Source of the DNA: Pseudomonadota bacterium
Lineage (GTDB): Bacteria; Pseudomonadota; Gammaproteobacteria; CAMYNG01
Length of the DNA: 25,495 nucleotides
Direction of reading: 5' to 3'
NCBI GenBank assembly: GCA_020347585.1
Contig: CP070733.1
Span: 1,528,236-1,553,730, forward strand
Shown: positions 18,878 to 25,495 of the stretch, piece by piece
Numbering within the stretch: the first letter of the stretch is position 1
Layout: each line of letters begins with the position of its first letter
Notes under the pieces: generated by a model
The model's database searches: none
The model's input: the letters and a program-made list of their open reading frames with translations, nothing else
Told to the model about the DNA's origin: nothing
Made by a program: the position numbers and the translations under genes

Positions 18878-19384
18878 TCAGTTCGCCGTGCGCTTGTTTT
18901 TCTTGGGGTAGTCGAAGCCGAGCAGGCGGCCACAGTCGCGCTCGACGTCGCGCCAGTTGTCGACGGCAAGTTCGATCATCACCACGCCGCAGGTCGGCAC
19001 ATTGTCAATGTGTACCCCGACCAGAAAGTTCGCCAGCACGGTAATGCCGGGGTTGTGGCCAAACAGCACGATATCGCTGTGGTTGTCATCCAGTTCGTGC
19101 ACCACATTTAACAACGTCGCCAGGCTTGCCTCATACACGGCATCGAGCTTACGGATCGCGTCGCTTGGATATGCGAGCGCCTGTGCGATGGTTTGCGCGG
19201 TGGTCAGGGCGCGCTTTGCTGGGCTGGAAACAAAGAGGTCGGGTGAAAGACCGTGCTTGCGCAAATGCTTGCCCATCTTGGGCGCATCGCGTTGTCCGCG
19301 CTCATTGAGCGGGCGGTCGAAATCGGCGAGCCCCGGTTCGCTCCAGCTGGACTTTGCATGTCGTATGAGAGTCAGGCGCTTCAT
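18878..19384 (-). CDS. Histidine phosphatase, SixA-like
   Basis: LTLIRHAKSSW, DFDRPLN.RG, SSPAKRA.TTA and LFGHNPG. Confidence 0.9.
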   Translation of the reverse strand: MKRLTLIRHAKSSWSEPGLADFDRPLNERGQRDAPKMGKHLRKHGLSPDLFVSSPAKRALTTAQTIAQALAYPSDAIRKLDAVYEASLATLLNVVHELDDNHSDIVLFGHNPGITVLANFLVGVHIDNVPTCGVVMIELAVDNWRDVERDCGRLLGFDYPKKNKRTAN

Positions 19385-19402
19385 CGGGGGCGCAGGGCCC
19401 GG

Positions 19403-19777
19403 CTACTGCGACGAGCCCGAGGGTAGTTCGATACCACGTATCTGGTTGGCGTCACTGCGCGGATGCTGCCGGGTCCTTCCCGCATGGGGATGCACTTTGA
19501 CCTGTTGGCGAGTGGGAGCTGCCGGCCTGTCCGGCGGGGAATCGTCAAGCAGGGGTTCCGGCGTGTCGAGCCCCGGGTCTGCGGCGGGCGTCTGGATGTT
19601 GTAGGTCTGTTCGGACGCGCGAAACGCATCGTCGCTGTTGCTGTCGCCGTAGTCTGGGTGGTGACGCAGCGGCGCCGTGTCTGGCACGTCATCCTCCATG
19701 TCATCCTGGGCGAAACCCACCGTGGCGAACGCGACCAGCAGGGGCAACACAAGCCAGTGGCGCACCGGCGAAGCCAT
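19403..19777 (-). CDS. Hypothetical exported, acidic and Pro-rich (probably disordered) protein
   Basis: Signal-peptide-like MASPVRHWLVLPLLVAFATVGFA followed by a D/E/P-rich sequence. Fills the gap in a minus-strand gene run. Confidence 0.6.
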   Translation of the reverse strand: MASPVRHWLVLPLLVAFATVGFAQDDMEDDVPDTAPLRHHPDYGDSNSDDAFRASEQTYNIQTPAADPGLDTPEPLLDDSPPDRPAAPTRQQVKVHPHAGRTRQHPRSDANQIRGIELPSGSSQ

Positions 19778-19844
19778 CACATCGCTGCTGCGCGCACCGC
19801 ATGACTCGGTATGCGGTGGGCCACGAAATTGCCGCGCCTTGCGA

Positions 19845-20072
19845 TCAAAAGTCCAACTCCGGTCCGATCTGGAAATCCATCACGGTAAAACCATTGTCTT
19901 CCAGCGCGCTGCTGATGTCTTCGCGGCTGTACTGTGTTTGTGACAACTGCACCTCGCTGACCAGTGCCGTGACCATGCGAAATACCTCCTGCTCGCCCAG
20001 ATCGTCCGGGGTTTCCACCAACATCGATTTCTCGTAGTCCTGACATGGCAAAAGCATCAATCGCGTGCTCAT
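19845..20072 (-). CDS. Hypothetical 75-aa acidic protein
   Basis: MSTRLMLLPCQDYEK...LEDNGFTVMDFQIGPELDF. Protein-like composition, co-oriented with its neighbours. Start uncertain. Confidence 0.6.
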   Translation of the reverse strand: MSTRLMLLPCQDYEKSMLVETPDDLGEQEVFRMVTALVSEVQLSQTQYSREDISSALEDNGFTVMDFQIGPELDF

Positions 20073-20172
20073 GGGTTTTTTCATCTCCGAGACCGTGGGT
20101 CGAATGCAACCATTATATCCATTCACCTCAATATGTATTTACCTGTGAACGGTGTCAGAGGCAAGGACGTTC

Positions 20173-20553
20173 TCAGGGCAAGGGCAACGGGTCGCGGGTA
20201 AGGGCAACGGCGACGATGTAGCCAAACACCAACAGCGCCCCCAACCAGGCAGCGAAACACTGTGCCCGTGATGTGCCGAAGCGCATCGCCACCATGCCCA
20301 GCGCGATGTAGCCTAACAAGCCGATGACCTTGGCTGTCAGCCACGCATGGCTCCCCGGGTACTGATGGACAAGAACCGCCAGCCATATTGCGCTTGCCAG
20401 TAATACCGTATCGACAACGTGGGGAGTAACCTTGACCCAGCGCTGTGCCAGCAAGGGCGAATCGCTCAGCTTCCAGACGCCGCGCAGCACGAACCCCGTG
20501 AACGAGACAGCGACGGCGCTGACATGTACCAGTTTTATGGTCTCGTAGGTCAT
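20173..20553 (-). CDS. SirB2/YchQ family membrane protein
   Basis: KLVHVSAV..S..GFVLRG, PHVVDTVLLASAI and WL.AKVIGLLGYIALG. Confidence 0.88.
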   Translation of the reverse strand: MTYETIKLVHVSAVAVSFTGFVLRGVWKLSDSPLLAQRWVKVTPHVVDTVLLASAIWLAVLVHQYPGSHAWLTAKVIGLLGYIALGMVAMRFGTSRAQCFAAWLGALLVFGYIVAVALTRDPLPLP

Positions 20554-20782
20554 CGTAAGGCAACGGTTAGGGCGACCGCCCTGGGTACCCTACGAAGCAT
20601 ACTACAGGCCGTGGGATTCGCCGCTCCATGCGGGCGGCGGGCCACTCGCGTGGCCCATTGCGCTGCAGCGCAGCAAAATTCCCCCCGGCGATGCTACACA
20701 CATGATATTTGTGTATTAAGGTGGCCTGTTTTTGCCGGAACACATGTCTGTATGCGCTCCGCGATGAGGATGGTCGGGGCTT

Positions 20783-20824
20783 TTGATCCACATCAATACC
20801 AGCGATCAGCGTGCAGGCTATCGT
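20783..20824 (+). promoter_or_regulatory. FNR box and class II promoter of hemN
   Basis: TTGAT-ccac-ATCAA at 20783-20796 is a perfect consensus. With TATCGT at 20819-20824 as -10, the box is centred near -41.5. Confidence 0.85.
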
Positions 20825-20860
20825 AGCGGCATTTCCCAGCCACATGTTGCACGTTCCGGG

Positions 20861-22252
20861 ATGGACCAGACAGTTATTTTCGATGCAGAGTTGCTGCGCC
20901 GTTACGATACGACGGGTCCGCGTTACACGTCGTATCCGACCGCCGTGAGCTTTCATGAGAATTTCACGGAGGAGGATTTCGCAGCGTGGGCGAAGGCCAC
21001 CAACGAAGACCCGATTCCCAAGCCACTGTCGCTTTACTTCCATATCCCCTTCTGCGACACAGTTTGCTTCTACTGTGCCTGCAACAAGATCGCCACCAAG
21101 GATCGCACCAAGGTACCGCCCTATCTGCTGCGCTTGAAGGAAGAGATGCGTCTGATGAGCGGCCTGTTCGATCTGGATCGTTCCGTGGAACAGCTGCACT
21201 GGGGCGGAGGAACACCGACCTATCTGAACGAGGAGCAAATCCGCGATTTGATGGATTTTACGCGCCGGCACTTCAATCTGCGCGACGATGACAAGGGCGA
21301 GTATTCCATCGAAGTGGATCCGCGCAAGATTAACGCCGGAACCATCCAGTTGTTGCGCTCGGTCGGATTCAACCGAATCAGCATTGGCGTACAGGACTTT
21401 GACGAAACGGTGCAGAAGGCGGTCAACCGCATCCAGCCCGAGGAAGAAACCCTGGCGATCTACGAGGCGGCGCGCGACGAGGGCTTTAAATCTGCTAACT
21501 TTGATCTAATTTACGGCTTGCCGCAGCAAAGTGTCGAGGGTTTCGCCCGCACAATCGATAGGGTCATCGAGGTTGCTCCGGATCGCATCGCAGTGTTCAA
21601 CTATGCGCACCTACCTGAGATGTTCAAACCGCAGCGCCGAATTGATGCCAATGAGCTGCCCAGCCCAGCTGATAAACTCAAGATACTGCAGCAAAGCATC
21701 GACAAACTGGTGGCGGCTGGGTATGTGTATATCGGCATGGATCATTTCGCCAAGCCCGACGATGAACTTGCGGTCGCGCAACGCGATGGCACCCTGCATC
21801 GCAACTTCCAGGGTTTTTCCGCCCATGCAGAGTGTGACCTGATTGCAATGGGCGTGTCTTCCATTAGCAAGGTCGGTGATTCCTATTGTCAGAACGCCAA
21901 GACGCTTGATGACTATTACCGAATTCTGGATACCGGGCATCTGCCCATCGCGCGCGGATATGTACTCAACTCCGATGACGTCCTGCGTCGCGATGTGATT
22001 ATGAAATTGATCTGCTACGGTGAACTCAACATCCCTGAAATTGAGCACGAGTACGGCATCGAGTTCGGGAAGTACTTCGACCGGGAGATCATCGATCTGG
22101 ATGCGCTGGCGGCGGACGGGTTGCTGGAACGTGGCGAAGACTATGTTCGTGTACGGCCAGCGGGCCGGCTGCTGGTACGCAACATCGGGATGGTGTTTGA
22201 TAAGTACCTGCGCCAGCGCGAAACGACCCGGCGATTCTCGCGGGTTATCTAA
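20861..22252 (+). CDS. hemN: Oxygen-independent coproporphyrinogen III oxidase (radical SAM)
   Basis: GPRYTSYPTA, SLYFHIPFCDTVCFYCACNK (CxxxCxxC), LHWGGGTPT, YIGMDHFAKP and LHRNFQG. Confidence 0.97.
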   Translation: MDQTVIFDAELLRRYDTTGPRYTSYPTAVSFHENFTEEDFAAWAKATNEDPIPKPLSLYFHIPFCDTVCFYCACNKIATKDRTKVPPYLLRLKEEMRLMSGLFDLDRSVEQLHWGGGTPTYLNEEQIRDLMDFTRRHFNLRDDDKGEYSIEVDPRKINAGTIQLLRSVGFNRISIGVQDFDETVQKAVNRIQPEEETLAIYEAARDEGFKSANFDLIYGLPQQSVEGFARTIDRVIEVAPDRIAVFNYAHLPEMFKPQRRIDANELPSPADKLKILQQSIDKLVAAGYVYIGMDHFAKPDDELAVAQRDGTLHRNFQGFSAHAECDLIAMGVSSISKVGDSYCQNAKTLDDYYRILDTGHLPIARGYVLNSDDVLRRDVIMKLICYGELNIPEIEHEYGIEFGKYFDREIIDLDALAADGLLERGEDYVRVRPAGRLLVRNIGMVFDKYLRQRETTRRFSRVI

Positions 22253-22303
22253 TCATCCGGGTGTTTGCCCCGTGCGTTGGGACAGCAAGCCGGAATCTTC
22301 TTC

Positions 22304-23053
22304 CTAACGGGCAGCGGCGGGGCAGTTCTTGTCCGAGACCTGCGCAATTGCGCGCAATTGCTGGATATCCTTGATCATCACCAGACGACGCTGGACCTGC
22401 AGCACACCTTCATCGTGAAAGCGCGTGAACAGGCGGCTGACAGTTTCAACCGCAAGTCCGAGATAGTTGGCGATGTCGTGGCGAGACATACTTAGATTAA
22501 ATTCGCGCTCCGAGAATCCGCGTGCCTTGAATCGAGCCGACAGGTTGAGAAGGAATGTGGCGAGCCTGACCTCGGCATTCTTCTTGCCGAGCATGAGCAG
22601 CATTTCATGCTCACCGCTTATCTCCTTGCTGATCAGGCTGAGAAACTGTTCGTTAAGCCCCGAGAACTGATGACATAGCTCCTGCATCTGGCGGTAGGGA
22701 AGTTCGCATACGCTCGACGTTTCCAGGGCAATGGCGGTACAGGTGTGCACCTCGTGACCCATCGCGTCGAGCCCGAGCAATTCGCCGGGGAGATGAAACC
22801 CCACGATCTGTTCTTCACCGTTAACGGTCGGTAGATGAACCTTGATGGAACCAGAACGCACCGCAAATAGTGAATGGAAGGGATCCCCAACGCGGAACAA
22901 CGGTTCGCCCCGACGAATGGGACGCCCCTGTTTCATCATGCGTTCTAGATCATCAAGTTCGGAATCGGACAAGCCGCGAGGCAGGCATAACTCCGAAAGG
23001 CTGCAGCTTCGGCAGGAGAGCTTGATACTGGAGATATCTACAACCCGGTTCAT
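22304..23053 (-). CDS. fnr: Fumarate/nitrate reduction regulator (O2-sensing Crp/Fnr protein)
   Basis: N-terminal CRSCSLSELCLP plus a central Cys (SSVCELP) give four Fe-S ligands. HTH SRHDIANYLGLAVETVSR. Confidence 0.93.
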   Translation of the reverse strand: MNRVVDISSIKLSCRSCSLSELCLPRGLSDSELDDLERMMKQGRPIRRGEPLFRVGDPFHSLFAVRSGSIKVHLPTVNGEEQIVGFHLPGELLGLDAMGHEVHTCTAIALETSSVCELPYRQMQELCHQFSGLNEQFLSLISKEISGEHEMLLMLGKKNAEVRLATFLLNLSARFKARGFSEREFNLSMSRHDIANYLGLAVETVSRLFTRFHDEGVLQVQRRLVMIKDIQQLRAIAQVSDKNCPAAAR

Positions 23054-23177
23054 GTTGGATGCTTCGTTGCTTGTTCAGGCAGTCAACTGTTGCACAGGAT
23101 GCGCGGGCTTTTTTTGTGCTTGTCCGACGCGGCGCACCGAACCTGAATACGCGGGTCGTCCTGAGGTCCGGTGACCG

Positions 23178-23205
23178 ATAATACCATATTCGGGTCGATT
23201 GCCAA
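23178..23205 (-). promoter_or_regulatory. Putative sigma70 promoter of fnr
   Basis: Minus strand TTGGCA, 16 bp, TATTAT, with an extended TG. Confidence 0.45.
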
Positions 23206-23211
23206 GGACAC

Positions 23212-23475
23212 GCGGAACAGTGCGTACCATAGCCGTTTTACTCGTGTAATGGCCGCTCCTCGCAGGCCAAATGATACGCATTTCGCGCCACTTCGCTGAA
23301 TACCCCTGCCATGCTTGCTGGTTTTCGCCGTGCCGAAGATGTGCGCTCTTGGATGTTACCCGGCGAACCTGTCAGTCTTGCAGCGCAATTCGCTTGGACC
23401 GATCCCTCGTTTGACATAAGTGCTTTCGCACTTTCCATCACGGGACTTGACCCTGTAGCCGCACCTCGAACGCAC
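23212..23475 (-). ncRNA. Candidate structured RNA, possibly a group II intron 5' (domain I-like) remnant
   Basis: Starts GTGCG. Contains a GGGTCAAGTCCC T-loop-like motif, AAGTGC-GAAA-GCACTT, and long-range helices of 8 bp and 10 bp. No credible ORF. Folded by eye only. Confidence 0.35.
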
Positions 23476-23624
23476 TGGCTGAGTGTGCGGGTCAACGCAT
23501 CCCGCCTTCAAGAACTATCGGCCGTGTTGCGCATGTCGCCAGTTTTAGTTTTGCCGGGTTGCGCATGCGGGCCGAGGTAACTTCCGGGCGATGTCGGGGC
23601 GAGACAGCGCTGGGGCGCCGTGCG

Positions 23625-24080
23625 TCACTGGTTCGGGTCAAACTCTATCTGGTAGTAGGTGGCGAGTTCGTCCAGCAACTGGCGAAAGCGATATGCCGTC
23701 TTTTCGACGGATTCCGCCACCCTGGCGGTGCGCACATAGTCCAAGATGTTTTGACGCTGGTCGAGTATGCGCTGGAACGTAGGGCGTGTTTGCAGGAACC
23801 CCTGCCCGTCCTTTAGCGCCTCGGCCAATTCGTCCGTCAGCCGTTCAAGGCGTTCCAGGTCGAGCAGCGCGGCATCGTACATGCGTTGCTGCACAATTCC
23901 GGACTGCGGCTGGCGCAACCCGGGATCATGGCGTATGCGCTTGACGGTCTCGGCGAGTTCGATGGCCAGCCCGGTAATCTTTTGCTGATTCCACTTGCCG
24001 TCCGCCGCGCTCGCCGCGTGTCCCTGGGCGAACGCGGCAAGCATCAGCAGCAGGCCCGCGACAGCAGTTACTTTTTTCAT
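23625..24080 (-). CDS. Hypothetical exported alpha-helical protein (151 aa)
   Basis: GGGAG SD, signal peptide MKKVTAVAGLLLMLAAFAQGHAASA, amphipathic helical mature region. Confidence 0.75.
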   Translation of the reverse strand: MKKVTAVAGLLLMLAAFAQGHAASAADGKWNQQKITGLAIELAETVKRIRHDPGLRQPQSGIVQQRMYDAALLDLERLERLTDELAEALKDGQGFLQTRPTFQRILDQRQNILDYVRTARVAESVEKTAYRFRQLLDELATYYQIEFDPNQ

Positions 24081-24159
24081 TGTGTTTGTCTCCCGATGGC
24101 TGTTTGCATGCACGAGCAAATGAAATACGAGCATAAGTTGCCGGGCTTGAGTCGGGCTT

Positions 24160-25495
24160 TCAGTCGCGGCCCGGGATACCGCCACCCGTCAGCGCGGCAG
24201 GATCCAGCAGACGTCTGAGCTCTGCTTCGTCCATTCCGGTCACTTCCATTGCAACCTCCAACAGCGGACGGCGCTCGGCATACGCCTGCTTGGCGATCGC
24301 CGCGCCCTGCTCATAGCCGATCACGTGGTTGAGCGCAGTGACCAGGATGGGGTTGCGCTGCAATGCAGCGGCAATGGCAGCGTCGTTTACGGCGAACCCC
24401 GCGATCGCCTTGTCGGCGAGCACCCGGCACGCATTGCTCAGGATTTCGATGCTCTGCAACAGGTTGTATGCGATCAGCGGTAGCATCACGTTGAGCTGAA
24501 AGTTTCCGGACTGGCCTGCCAGCGTAATGCTCGCGTCGTTTCCTACAACCTGTGTGCACACCATGGCCACGCTTTCCGGGATGACCGGGTTGACCTTACC
24601 GGGCATGATCGAGCTGCCGGGCTGCAGGGCCGGCAAGGAGATCTCGCCAAGCCCGGCCAGGGGTCCACTGTTCATCCAGCGCAAATCGTTGGCGATCTTC
24701 ATCACGCTGACGGCAACGGTCTTAAGTTGCCCGCTCAGCTCCACCGCGGCGTCCTGGCTGGCAAGGCCTGCAAAATAGTTGTCCATGCTGGAAAAGTCGA
24801 ACCCGGTCTTCTCACTCAGTGCATGTGCTACACGCGGTCCGAAGTCGGCGGGCGCGTTGATGCCCGTGCCAACCGCGGTGCCGCCCTGCGGCAGAGTCCG
24901 TAAACGCTGAAGGGCCGAGGCAACACGCGCATCGCCCTCGCGCACTTGGAATGCCCAGGCACCAAGCTCCTGTCCCATGCGCACCGGCATGGCGTCCATC
25001 AGATGGGTGCGGCCGGTCTTTACCACATCGTTCAGTTCTGTCGCGCGTTGCTCAATGGTCTGCGCTAGGTGGCTCAGCGCTGGGCGCAGTGTATGTTCGA
25101 CAGCCAAACAGGCGCTGATGTGGATAGCCGAGGGGAATACGTCGTTGGAGCTCTGGCTCATGTTGACGTGGTCATTCGGATGCACGGGTGCGCCGAGGAT
25201 GTCGCCCGCAAGCCGGGCGACGACCTCGTTGACATTCATGTTGGTGCTGGTACCCGATCCGGTCTGAAACACGTCGATCGGAAAGTGCGCATCGTGTTCG
25301 CCATCGGCGACAGTCGCGGCAGCAGCCTCAATCGCGTCCGCGCGCGGTGCATCGAGCAGACCCAGCTCGCGGTTTACCGCGGCGCAGGCGCTCTTGACAA
25401 GTGCAAGTGCGCTGATCAGGGCTCGTGGTCTGCGCAGTTCACTAACGGGAAAGTTCTCAATCGCACGCTGGGTCTGTGCACCCCATAGTGCGTCG
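24160..25495 (-). CDS. fumC: Class II fumarate hydratase (5' end outside window)
   Basis: Frame open to the window edge: LWGAQTQRAIENFP, DVFQTGSGTSTNMN, HPNDHVNMSQSSND, KTGRTHLMDA and GSSIMPGKVNP. Confidence 0.96.
   Translation of the reverse strand, partial: DALWGAQTQRAIENFPVSELRRPRALISALALVKSACAAVNRELGLLDAPRADAIEAAAATVADGEHDAHFPIDVFQTGSGTSTNMNVNEVVARLAGDILGAPVHPNDHVNMSQSSNDVFPSAIHISACLAVEHTLRPALSHLAQTIEQRATELNDVVKTGRTHLMDAMPVRMGQELGAWAFQVREGDARVASALQRLRTLPQGGTAVGTGINAPADFGPRVAHALSEKTGFDFSSMDNYFAGLASQDAAVELSGQLKTVAVSVMKIANDLRWMNSGPLAGLGEISLPALQPGSSIMPGKVNPVIPESVAMVCTQVVGNDASITLAGQSGNFQLNVMLPLIAYNLLQSIEILSNACRVLADKAIAGFAVNDAAIAAALQRNPILVTALNHVIGYEQGAAIAKQAYAERRPLLEVAMEVTGMDEAELRRLLDPAALTGGGIPGRD

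Noticed and set aside
23073-23086. FNR autoregulatory site upstream of fnr (minus strand TTGAC-tgcc-TGAAC)
   Set aside because: Only one half-site is acceptable, so it is too degenerate to call.
23215-23262. Possible group II intron domain V (GAGCGGCCAT...ATGGTACGC)
   Set aside because: The AGC triad has no correct pairing partner, the loop is too long, and no domain VI or AY end follows.
23340-23445. c-di-GMP-I, FMN or cobalamin riboswitch reading of the structured region
   Set aside because: It shares only generic GAAA and T-loop elements. The conserved core segments of these riboswitches are missing or out of order.
23311-23580. 89-aa plus-strand ORF and 85-aa minus-strand ORF (23238-23495) in the fnr upstream gap
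   Set aside because: Neither has an SD or a recognisable motif. The base-pairing pattern explains the region better, though coding cannot be fully excluded.
116-25488. Dozens of overlapping or antisense ORFs in the six-frame track (e.g. 2253-2750, 8210-9070, 10697-11623, 12367-13185, 14359-15270, 16809-17561)
   Set aside because: They shadow well-supported genes, have R/A/P-rich composition typical of off-frame high-GC sequence, and contain no recognisable motifs.
1-25495. CRISPR array, tRNA/rRNA, transposase, integrase or prophage
   Set aside because: No regularly spaced repeats, cloverleaf, rRNA-like sequence or mobile-element ORF was seen.

Overview
A GC-rich, mostly housekeeping stretch that looks like a gammaproteobacterial chromosome. 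In order: 3' part of pstS; pstC-pstA-pstB-phoU (long-form permeases, with a Pho box and an IHF-consensus site upstream); an orphan FbpC/PotA-like ABC ATPase; argF and argD; a PuuD/DUF989-like membrane protein preceded by a 25-aa peptide; a hydantoinase B/oxoprolinase subunit; an AsnB-type (NAGGN-like) amidotransferase; grxD; rnt; a TraB/GumN gene broken by one in-frame TAA; pyrC; a DUF6231-like gene; a SAM methyltransferase; a SixA-like phosphatase; two hypotheticals; SirB2; hemN with a perfect FNR box; fnr; a secreted helical protein; and a 5'-truncated fumC. I see no tRNA, rRNA, CRISPR array or transposase. The best unexplained signals are: (i) a ~265-nt structured non-coding stretch upstream of fnr whose 5' end resembles a group II intron domain I, with no RT or domain V visible; (ii) the 25-aa peptide plus PuuD-like pair; (iii) a terminator-like hairpin inside the argD leader; (iv) the partnerless hydantoinase B and amidotransferase joined by an inverted heptamer-repeat element. 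The in-frame duplication in pstS and the TraB nonsense codon may be assembly or sequencing errors. Family assignments come from motif recognition and memory, not database searches.
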